Shown here one piece after another: positions 27,525-37,170 of a DNA stretch of 64,000 nt (position 1 is its first letter; every line of letters starts with the position of its first letter). The position numbers were made by a program, and so were the translations under genes. The stretch lies in assembly GCA_044892525.1 (NCBI GenBank), contig CM097885.1:48176001-48240000 (forward strand). Direction: 5' to 3'. The notes under the pieces are model-generated. The model was not told where the DNA came from, searched no databases, and saw nothing but the letters and a program-made list of their open reading frames with translations. Source of the DNA: Schmidtea polychroa (Eukaryota).

Positions 27525-28365
27525 TTTATATACTTATTAAATTTATCTTTTGAAATTATTCCTTGTTTTAACAAATCTTTAGAAATCTTTAAAATATCAG
27601 AATCTAAATTATTATGTCCTGCTTTTTTAGCTGCTAATAGTTTTCTTAATTCAATAAAAAGATTGATTGGGTTTGCAGCCACAGGCATCCCCTTACCCTC
27701 TGTAACAACATAACCCCTTTCATTTTTATTTAAATAATTCTTTAAATCTTGAATATGTTTTGCTTTAGAACTACCATGTATTAATTTTATTAAGTTTAAA
27801 TATTTATCAATTTCTTCTTTCTTAACATCATCTGGAAGATATCCAGAAATTAATCCATGAAAACCATCTGAAGTTCAATGTCTACACGCTCTCTATTCAT
27901 AAAAGTATTTGTTGAAATAATCGCTGGATTATTATTTGAATTTAAATATATATAAAATTTTTGATTATTAATTGTTATTGTTTGAAAACCTCTAGGATCA
28001 TAACCTATAGTAGGTATAATTGATTTAGCTAGTGATGTATTAATTTTAAAATTAACTGGAGTCTTAAGAGGTGTTAATCTTGAAAGAAATTCATCTTCTT
28101 CTAAATCAATAGTATTTCTACGTTTTCTTAAACCCATTAATCTTGATAATTCCTTTTTAGAAGGTTCTATAGCTTTAAGTTCAGGGGTTAGAGGAGCTTC
28201 TATAGTTTTAAGTCCCTCTATAGCTTTAATTGTTGGCCCCTGTTGTTGTGTTATTACCTCATTTAATATTATAGATTCAGCATGTTGAGTTGTATCTTTT
28301 TTATTATATTTATCTTGTTCAGATTGTAATTTATTTAAAAGTGCTAATCTTTCTTCATATACCAT
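27521..28365 (-). pseudogene. Conserved Polinton core-type protein, frameshifted near 27870
   Basis: 171-aa ORF continues in another frame: GLISGYLPDD...EGKGM...ELRKLLAAKKAGHNN...LLKQGII, ending in a TGA that overlaps the protease ATG (ATGA). Confidence 0.75.
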
Positions 28366-28387
28366 TTTTATGGTATTAAAAATGGTA

Positions 28388-28999
28388 TCAATGGGGTTCG
28401 AAGGGCTTCAAGTATAAACCTTTACCATTTTTAGTTTTACAGAGGCATCCATTCTTTAAAGATTTACATATTTTTTTTAAATCATCTTTATCTTTTGAAG
28501 ATAAAGATTCAGATGTAGAAATTTGATTTTTTAAAAAATCATTTAAACCTCTACCTTTATAAGGATCAAGATAGAGACCCTTTCCCTTGGACAGAGTCCC
28601 CTGAGACTTTTGACCTTCAGACAGAGTCCCCTCATATGGATTAAGATAGAGGCCTTTTCCCTTAGCTTGCCCTACCTTCTTCATTGAATCGATTTCAGTT
28701 TGTAGTTTTTCTTTTTCTAGGTCTGTCTTTTGAGATTCTTTAGCTTTTTGAACTGTAGTTGCAATTCCTCCAGCTATTCCAGCAGCACCTGATAAACCAG
28801 CAATGATTGCAGGTATTAAAGCAGCTAATGGAAGAATGCCGCCTTCTTTAGTCGAAGAGCCCTTCAGCTTCGCTCTAACTTGTTCTTTTACATGTTTTCC
28901 AATAAAATATTTTTTACCATCAATTACTACTGATTTATTTTTATTTGAATTTATTAATTCTTGCAAAGATTCTTCAGTAGAGGAACTCTTCGAGGTCAT
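28388..28999 (-). CDS. Virion core / membrane-lytic-type precursor (203 aa)
   Basis: KEGG|ILPLAALIPAIIAGLSGAAGIAGGIA hydrophobic segment and three GKG|LYLxP repeats (putative protease sites). Confidence 0.75.
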   Translation of the reverse strand: MTSKSSSTEESLQELINSNKNKSVVIDGKKYFIGKHVKEQVRAKLKGSSTKEGGILPLAALIPAIIAGLSGAAGIAGGIATTVQKAKESQKTDLEKEKLQTEIDSMKKVGQAKGKGLYLNPYEGTLSEGQKSQGTLSKGKGLYLDPYKGRGLNDFLKNQISTSESLSSKDKDDLKKICKSLKNGCLCKTKNGKGLYLKPFEPH

Positions 29000-29014
29000 T
29001 TTATAATAAATAAA

Positions 29015-29827
29015 ATGGATGTACGAAGTCCAATAATTTGGAAACCAATTTTAAATAGACATAAATCTAAATTTAATAATAAAGTATTTCCTGATAATTT
29101 TAGATTATTAATTGTTGGATCTTCTGGATGTGGAAAGAATGTACTTGTTTTGAGAATGTTACTTGAAGATGGTTTTTTAGATTATAATAATTTAATCTTT
29201 TATTCTACAACCATAAATCAACCAGAATTACAACTTTTGAAATGTGGATTTGAAAATAAATTAACTAAAAAAGCTATAATTGATATTTTTAAAAATCAAC
29301 ATAGATGTCCTGAAGAAGTTTTTCAACCTTGTGATATGGTTGATTGGTATAAGGAAAAGATTTTAGAATCAGATATTAGTAATAAAAATGATTACATCTG
29401 TGAAGATGAGGGGCAAGCAGAGGCGATTCAAGTTTTATTCTCTAATAAACCTGAAGATGTTTTACATTGTGATTTACTTCCTAAAGATAAAAAGAATCTA
29501 GTTATATTTGATGATGTTGTTAACATGAAAAATCAAGAGATTCAAAAGAGTTACTTTACAAGAGGAAGACATAATAATTGTAATGTTATTTATATATCTC
29601 AAACTTATTATGCTTTAGATAAAAACTCTATAAGAAATAATTCCAATTGTTTTATATTTTTTAAATTAGATCGCCGTGATAAGAATATGATTTATAATGA
29701 TTTATTTTCAAATGTTGAACCTGATAAGAATATGTTTGATATGTTTGTTGATAATCATTGGAGAGAAAAATATAATTATATTTATTTGGATAGAGAAGAA
29801 GCTGAAATATGGAAAAGTTTATTTTAG
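29015..29827 (+). CDS. A32/FtsK-HerA-type genome packaging ATPase
   Basis: Walker A GSSGCGKN (atypical N), Walker B LVIFDD, RGRHNN, ISQ, IRNN; first ATG at 29015. Confidence 0.93.
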   Translation: MDVRSPIIWKPILNRHKSKFNNKVFPDNFRLLIVGSSGCGKNVLVLRMLLEDGFLDYNNLIFYSTTINQPELQLLKCGFENKLTKKAIIDIFKNQHRCPEEVFQPCDMVDWYKEKILESDISNKNDYICEDEGQAEAIQVLFSNKPEDVLHCDLLPKDKKNLVIFDDVVNMKNQEIQKSYFTRGRHNNCNVIYISQTYYALDKNSIRNNSNCFIFFKLDRRDKNMIYNDLFSNVEPDKNMFDMFVDNHWREKYNYIYLDREEAEIWKSLF

Positions 29828-31203
29828 AAATCTGTTTTCTGTAACTCATTATTATAAAATCTACCTAATATTTTTTCATTATTTAAATCAATGATGCTAT
29901 ATGTTATTGGAGTTGTATAATTTATTTTATTTATAATAAAAATTTCATTTGTCCATTTTGCTGTGAATCCTTTTTCAAATTTATTTTTATATTTAAATAT
30001 TCTTACTCGGTCACCAATTTTAAACTTTGGTTTTTCAATAACATCATTTTCAATATTTACCACTTTAATGGTTTCAGGATTTATGGAAGCATTTAAAGGT
30101 GTTGATTTTATAGAACTATGTACATCATTATTATATTCATTTACAATCTTTTGTAACAATTCATTGTTCCATTTTTGTTTTCCAATAGCCGTAAAATATT
30201 TCCATATTTTATTTTTTAATGTTCTATTTAATCTTTCAACTACGACTGCTTTTCCTTCGTTTTCTGTTGAATATAATGTAATATCATTTTCATTTAAAAA
30301 CTTTGTAAAAACTTTGTTATAAAATTCTGTTCCTTAATCACTCCATAAATATTTTGGAATTCTTTGATGTTCTTCAAATATATTTTCAAATGCTTCTGTA
30401 ATGGAATATCCTGTTTTATTTTCTAAACACCTTGCAAAGGCAAATCTTGTATATAAATCTATTACAGTTAAAATTATTTTATATTTTTCAGGGTCTGATG
30501 ATTTGGTTGGCATAAAGACTAAATCTGCAGACCATGTTTGATCTTTTTCATGTACTTGAACTTTTAAATATTTTTTATTTTTTCTAAATTCATGGTGTAA
30601 TTCGTTGGCATATTTTATTTGTGATTCTGTTGGGGTTAATAAACTAGTCTTGGATATATTCTCGAGGGATCTTTCAGCATCTGCTTGTTCAATAATCTTT
30701 TTATTAGCAACATTTTTTGCCATCCTTGGTAAACTAGCACCTATGAAAATCTTTCCTTTCATTGCTAATTTAACTAGAGCTCTTTGAATCTTTTCTTGGG
30801 TTGATGGATTTTGGATACTATTTAAATCATGTATTAAATTAACATCTGCAACATGTCTATCTCTAAGATCTTCTGAATTGTAAGCAATATCATGTTTTAA
30901 AGCTGCTTGGTCGATTCTATTTATTGGTTCTTCTCCTTGTTTGGGATTATTATTTTCATCTAATCTAATATCTAATCTTGTTCCTGGTCCGGTATAGTTG
31001 TGTTTAAATAAATGTCTTTCACCTGGATATTTTTCTGTAGTAAAAGGTTTTAATATTGAAGATGTCACTTTTGAAGATTGTAGGTCGCCTCCGGCTCGTG
31101 GAATCATGTCGCCTCCTATATGTTTTTTAGTTTTTAGATGACTTGCTTTATGATGTCTTGTAACTTGACAATTACAACTTTCACATCTCCAATAGAGAGA
31201 CAT
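29824..31203 (-). pseudogene. Zn-finger + parvovirus-type PLA2 (PLA2X) + rve integrase fusion with one nonsense codon (30334-30336)
   Basis: CESC..H..KKH; HNYTGPGT...PINRIDQAALKHDIAY; DDE triad WSADL / WSD*GTEF / VVERLNRT. ORFs 30334-31203 and 29824-30159 share a frame with open sequence between. Confidence 0.93.
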
Positions 31204-31232
31204 TTTAAAATGTTAAAATATCAGGGATTATA

Positions 31233-32519
31233 TCAAGAATCTCCCCTAACATTTTCGATTATTGAAATCTTTCCACCATATAATTTCATTTCTATTTTCT
31301 TTTCTTCTAATATTAATGTATATACTTTAGCTTTAAAATTAGAATCCTTTGTTACATGAAGTGTAACATCAACATTATTTATGGCTAGGCGATCATCTTG
31401 GTCTGAAACATTTATACAAAATATAGAATATAAATTTTTGAAATCTTCTAAACTTAATTGCGGTTCAACTTTGAAATCATAACATGTTTCAATATAATTT
31501 AGATATGGGAATATGTTTTCATTATTTTCAATATTAAATTCCATTCTATTTATTGGATAATAAGAACTATTTAATTGAATTTGGATTGTTTTTAAATTAT
31601 CAACTCCAATCTTTTGAATAAACAAGTTGTTATTTTTTTGGAAAGATGAATCTACTTCTTTGAATCCAATCAAGATATATCTTGGTCGGTATGCTAAATT
31701 TGCTACCTTTATAGAATATGTTGAACCCTCTGTCATACTAAATTCACTACAGATTCTATTTAAATAATTTACATTTATAGACTTGTTGGAATTTAATCTT
31801 TCAAGGAGTTTGATTTCAGAATGTGGATTTAATGTCCATTCAGGTATATGCAATTCAAGTGTTGATATTTTTAATTTAGCTGTTGTATCCTTATCTCCAT
31901 AGAACAATCTTTTATCACCTTCTACTCTATTACAAACTAATTCTATAAAAACATTATGAAGTATACGATTATAGTTTTGAAGGAATCCAAACAAGTGTTT
32001 TAATTCAAAATAACCTTCAAATTTTTTAGATTTATAAAGTTCAGCTCTTTTATAGTAACCATAATTTATATCTAAACCATCTTTATCTAAATCTCCTTTA
32101 TTAACATCAGGAATCCAGCCTGTTAATTCACCATATTCATTTTTATAATCACAACCAGTCAAAATAAAATTTAACATTGTAGAATATACTCCCGGATGCA
32201 AAACAGTTTCAATTTCTGATGATCCTAGTTTTAATCTCATGTTGGAGAATAAATTTGGAAAGAAATTATTTTCTAGGGTTATATCTTTGTTTGCTTCAAT
32301 TTCTAATTCGATTTTATAATATAATTTGGCATTACAAATATCTATAGGGTTTGATGTTTGAAGAGATTGAAAAACTATATCACCCCTACGATTTAAGTTT
32401 GCAATAGATCCTGAAGTTGGGGAGATTTTAACTACATCGTTTTTCTTGATTTCATGAGTAAATTCTTTATTATAATCAAGATTTAATTTATTTTTTTCTT
32501 GAATTTTTATATTATTCAT
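31233..32519 (-). CDS. Double-jelly-roll major capsid protein (428 aa)
   Basis: Size, position and Polinton MCP-like motifs NNFFPNLFS..RL, LKHLFGF, PRYILIGF, LNSSYYP, IFCINVS. Confidence 0.88.
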   Translation of the reverse strand: MNNIKIQEKNKLNLDYNKEFTHEIKKNDVVKISPTSGSIANLNRRGDIVFQSLQTSNPIDICNAKLYYKIELEIEANKDITLENNFFPNLFSNMRLKLGSSEIETVLHPGVYSTMLNFILTGCDYKNEYGELTGWIPDVNKGDLDKDGLDINYGYYKRAELYKSKKFEGYFELKHLFGFLQNYNRILHNVFIELVCNRVEGDKRLFYGDKDTTAKLKISTLELHIPEWTLNPHSEIKLLERLNSNKSINVNYLNRICSEFSMTEGSTYSIKVANLAYRPRYILIGFKEVDSSFQKNNNLFIQKIGVDNLKTIQIQLNSSYYPINRMEFNIENNENIFPYLNYIETCYDFKVEPQLSLEDFKNLYSIFCINVSDQDDRLAINNVDVTLHVTKDSNFKAKVYTLILEEKKIEMKLYGGKISIIENVRGDS

Positions 32520-32575
32520 TTTTATATATTAAAATTTACACACACAAAATAGGATTAATTAAATACATTATGTAA

Positions 32576-32650
32576 GCCATTATAGCGGAGTGGGAATAGG
32601 CTTCAATTTTATCACCGGGAGTACCGGGTTTAATTTTCGATTTTGGTCAA
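32576..32650 (+). ncRNA. Degenerate tRNA-like Pol III unit 1
   Basis: A box TAGCGGAGTGG (32583), weak B box GGTTTAATT 44 nt later, T7 at 32651; downstream flank similar to that of unit 2. Confidence 0.35.
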
Positions 32651-32819
32651 TTTTTTTCGATATTTTTTTTTCAACGGAATCTGATTCAGCGTACTGATTT
32701 TAGTATATATTTAAATTTTCAGATGGATCTGAGTAGTAGTTGTCGAGAAAATGAATAATTAATTATTAATTTCATCAATAAATAGTCACACATTAACAAC
32801 TTATTTTATATTGAGTATA

Positions 32820-32892
32820 GCTCTAATAGCTTAGTGGTAATAGCACTCGACTGCATTGCCAATACCAATGGGTTCAAATCCCATTTCGGTCA
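32820..32892 (+). ncRNA. tRNA-Cys(GCA)-derived Pol III unit 2 (not a canonical cloverleaf)
   Basis: TAGCTTAGTGGTAATAGCACTCGACTGCA resembles the tRNA-Cys 5' half; perfect T arm ATGGG-TTCAAAT-CCCAT; T8 terminator at 32893; acceptor and anticodon stems poorly paired. Confidence 0.65.
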
Positions 32893-33056
32893 TTTTTTTT
32901 CAAATTTTTTTTAACGAAATATTGATCAGCATACTCGATTTAGTACTTGTACAAATTTTTAAGGTGATTGGTCAACGGCAACTCTTGGAAATTTAAGATC
33001 AAAAACGTTTTAACTACCAAAAATTAATATATCCAATAAAAAAAATATTTATAAAA

Positions 33057-33326
33057 ATGGATGAGTTAAAAGAAAGAATGAGAAATGAATTGAATGAAGT
33101 TAAACATAAGAGAATGAAAAGAAGAGAAGAAGAACCATTAGAATACATCAAAGAGTTGATGGTAGATAATGAAAAGTATCGACATTTTTATATGAAGGCT
33201 GTAGATGTTGCTGATATAAGATTGAAGAAAATGAAACAATTACAGGAAAGAGTTAAAGAACTTGAATCGATTATTTATAGTCTAAAAAATAACAAAAATC
33301 CAAACCTAGATAGCGCAGTGGGCTAG
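33057..33326 (+). CDS. Small coiled-coil protein (89 aa), function unknown
   Basis: ATG in AAAATG context, charged heptad pattern, upstream ATATCCAATAAAAA motif shared with the pPolB start. Confidence 0.55.
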   Translation: MDELKERMRNELNEVKHKRMKRREEEPLEYIKELMVDNEKYRHFYMKAVDVADIRLKKMKQLQERVKELESIIYSLKNNKNPNLDSAVG

Positions 33327-34186
33327 ACCGGCACCGTGGTTCAAATGGATGGTGGTTCAAATCCTAACTGTGGTTAGTTTTTTTTTTTTAAAAATTTGAA
33401 AATAATAGTGTGGGTATCTTAGATTTATATTTTATTTTATTTATTTTTATTTTATTTTATTTATTTTATTTATTTTATTTATTTTATTTATTTTATTTAT
33501 TTTATTAATTATTTTATTTTTAAACATAAATATGAAAAAAAAATTATTGAAACGGGTGATGGTGGCGAACCGGTAATTATCGCCACCTGTCTTTCGAACA
33601 CCCCCGGATCGATTCTTTAATGTGCACATTTATTTCTCAGTTGTTTTCGGACCTCTTTTGGATTCACTTTCGAATTCATTTGTACTTTCGAGCAGCACGC
33701 TTAAAACGCCGATGAAATCGTATTCGAGCGAGAAGCGAATAATAAGGTGTGCTGCTATTAACGGATTGATTCTGATGTATGAGTCTGGCCAGCTTGTATA
33801 TTAGAAGAGATTTGATAAACGAAAGAGGTTGAAATGATCCGGATCAAAAAAACTGTTGAGGGGACAGTGAAAAAAAAAATACCACTGTCCCCTCAGAGCA
33901 GTTTTACTATTTTTCATTTATTTTTTAATTTATATAATTTAAAATCAATAATCTGATAAAGATCAACTCCGGAGTTTGATTGATCCCAAATAGCCCTCTA
34001 ACTTTTTAATAATGCCATTTTCTTTTCTTTTCTCTTTTTAGTTTGAAGCTTTTGAGTTTGAGGCTTTAAAGATTAAGGGTGGTTGTTGTTTAAAATACGG
34101 GGTTAAAATACTATAAAAGCATAGGTTTTATGTTGTTTTTCTAATGGTTTAAGCGTAATGGAGGTATGTTTTTGTTGGGAGGGCTA
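33283..34186 (-). repeat. Right TIR of Polinton (outermost ~29 bp missing)
   Basis: Reverse complement of 5047-5952; ends GGGAGGGCTA without the expected ...CACACTACT. Confidence 0.95.
33304..33377 (+). ncRNA. tRNA-like Pol III unit 3 (in right TIR)
   Basis: A box TAGCGCAGTGG (33311), B box GGTTCAAATCC (33354), T12 at 33378. Confidence 0.55.
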
Positions 34187-34320
34187 TCGAAATTTAAAAA
34201 ATGGTTTTGAAAATATTTTATTCAAAATTATACAATTTTTCATTAAATAAATACTTGGAATTATGACGTTATCTTTTGAACCTGATTTAAAAAATAATTT
34301 AATAATGTTCTAGCAGCTTC

Positions 34321-34432
<112 letters not shown>

Positions 34433-34448
34433 TAATAATAATAATATT

Positions 34449-36912
34449 TGTTAGAGATATTTAACTAACTAATTTATAAATAAAATATATATTGTATTTT
34501 AAGTAACAAATCCTATTATATAGTAAATGATAATAAGTATAAGTGTTGGCATGCATAATTATCATTATTATTAAATTAATTAATTCGCCATTTAAATCGG
34601 TTTGAATAATACCGATTATTAAGCAATCAGTTTTTTGAATATATTATTATTAATACGGCGACCCTGGTAATGATCAATAAAATTATCTCAGATATGTACG
34701 ATGGCAGCGTCGATTTAGAAATTTTTATTGGAGAATGCAAGAGGTATTTCCAATTATGTGGACTAAAGAAAGTGACAAGAAAGAATTAATATTATATTTT
34801 TTGGTCCATTGTATCAAAGACAAGGATACACAGAAAGAAATAGATGAGAGATGCGATGAGCGTCCACGAAATGAAAGGAGTGATAAAGAAGGTCGATGAT
34901 ATAAATATTGAAGTATCGGAATTTCAGTTCTAAATAGAAGAAAGGAAAAGTTTGCGAGTTTTGTCAAGACAAGACAAGGATTTGCAGATACTCAGAACCA
35001 AAGCAGAAATTTTACAAATTCACAACGGAGTGAACAAAGATATGATTCAACACCGATGATGAAAGTAGATAATTTCCTGAACAAATTCTAACAAAGAGAA
35101 TTGCTAGTTAGAAACATGTTATTATTATTATTAAATGTTGGAATTGTCAGGAGTGGATCATATGAGTTGAGAATGTCCGAAATCAAGGGTTCAGAAATGC
35201 TTCTAATGTGAAAAAGAAGGGTGCCAATCCAGAGAGTGCAAACAGAGAGCACTGAATGCAGAGATGATATGTTTTACGTGTAAAAATATTGGACACAACA
35301 GAAGAGAATGCCCGTCAATATCGTGCCCAGGATTACGATTTCAATTCTGGAATCAGACATACAGAAGAAAATACGCAGACGAGCGAGGACTACCGAGACG
35401 GACACAGGTAGCCACGTTTCAGACTGATCAAGCCGAGAACGATGATAAGGCATCATGTTAAGATGAAGATTTCCCAGACCGAGAAGCTCCATCTTTAGGC
35501 GAGATGATCAGAGCAATGAATTAACGGGTAATAATGACGATTGTGTATGCCAGTATAAATAAGTAGGTATAAATATATAAATAAAATTTAAATAATATTA
35601 ATTTAAATAATATTAATATTTAAATAATATTAATATATAAATAATATTATATCTACTTATAATCCCTTTTAAAAATAATGTAAATAATGTAGAAAATATT
35701 AATAATAACACGAATAGTAGAATTCCTTTCGTAGATAATTTAAATAAAGTAAATAATAAAATGTTGGATGAGAATAAAGTAATTAGAAATAATTTTAGCA
35801 GTATAATTGTAGAAAATATCGATATATTTGAAAAAAATAATGAGCTGAAAACAAATTTTAAAAAAGCGAATCAAAGTGATGTAATAGAAAATGTAAAAAA
35901 TAAAAAGTCAATAAAAAATAAAGTTACGGATATTCATGATGCAATTATTTTAAATATGCCGAATAAAAATAATTTAAAAAAAATAAAAGTTGATGACGAT
36001 AATAAAAAAGAATGCGGAAATAATTGTAAGCAAATTTTATCGATAGATGACGTAAAAAAATGTTAAAAAAGTTGGATATATAAATAAGTTGGATATAGGC
36101 ATGATATTAAAACTGTTGAAACGAAAAACATTGACAACAAAAACAAAAGAAATAATATAACCGTTTGAGGTTATAGCGATAGATTTTTGTGGACCTTTGC
36201 AGGCAAACATTCATGGAAAGAAATATATTTTAGGAATTATAGATATGTGTAGTCGATACATTTCGTTGACAGCTGTAGCAAACCAAGACGTAAAAACTAC
36301 AACTGATACTATTGTGAAATTCTGGATATTAAAATACGGGCACCAAGAATTATTCATGTTGATTGTGGAAAAACATTTGAGCCTAACTTGATAAAAGAGT
36401 TTGCAAAAAATCACAATATACAGCTACAATTTCCTAGCTCTTATCATCATAACACTAATGGTTTGATTGAAAGACAATTTCGAACAATACGAGATTTTAT
36501 CAGTACATCATTAAGAGATAAACTTAAGAGGAAATGGGTTGAAATGTTACCTGAAATCGAGTTTACTTTAAATGCTACTATTCAAAGCACAATTGGAAAG
36601 AGTTCATCAGAAGCAGTATTTGGTTTTCGGATATCTAGAGAATGGAGCAATAATAAAAGAATATACAACGATAGAAGTAAAATAGTGGAGGAAGTCAAAT
36701 CAAAACAAAGAAATTTAAATTATAAAAATGAGAACCGGACACACCTAGAATTCGATATAAATGAAGAAGTTTTAGTTAAAGTAGATTTGAGAAAAAAGAA
36801 GAAGACCGATATACAGGACCTTTTGTCGTTGTTAGAAAGATCCATGTAAATTGAATGGCTAAAACCTTTTAAACAGGGGAGATGTTAGGGATATTTAAAT
36901 AATTAAATTATA

Positions 36913-37009
<97 letters not shown>

Positions 37010-37170
37010 ATTATAAGTATCAAATACTATTATATAGTAAAAGTATAATAAGTATAAATGTTTGCACGCATAATTATCATTATTATTTAATTAATTAATT
37101 CGCCATTTAAATCGGTTGTTTTAATAATACCAGATTTAGGCAATCAAATTGTATTTAAATATATTTTTAG
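34449..37170 (+). mobile_element. Internally deleted, degraded Gypsy LTR retrotransposon
   Basis: Diverged ~200-bp LTRs (TGTTAG at 34449 and 36883, second with expanded (TA)n), PBS-like GGCGACCCTGG, PPT AAACAGGGGA, knuckle CFTCKNIGHNRREC, frameshifted integrase (IAIDFCGPL, IDMCSRY, NGLIERQFRT); no RT visible. Confidence 0.85.

Noticed and set aside
22946..31359. Antisense ORFs over Polinton genes (and 47265-49758 over gag)
   Set aside because: Shadow frames of real genes on the opposite strand.
32820..32892. Functional tRNA-Cys gene
   Set aside because: Acceptor and anticodon stems do not pair; reported as a tRNA-derived ncRNA instead.
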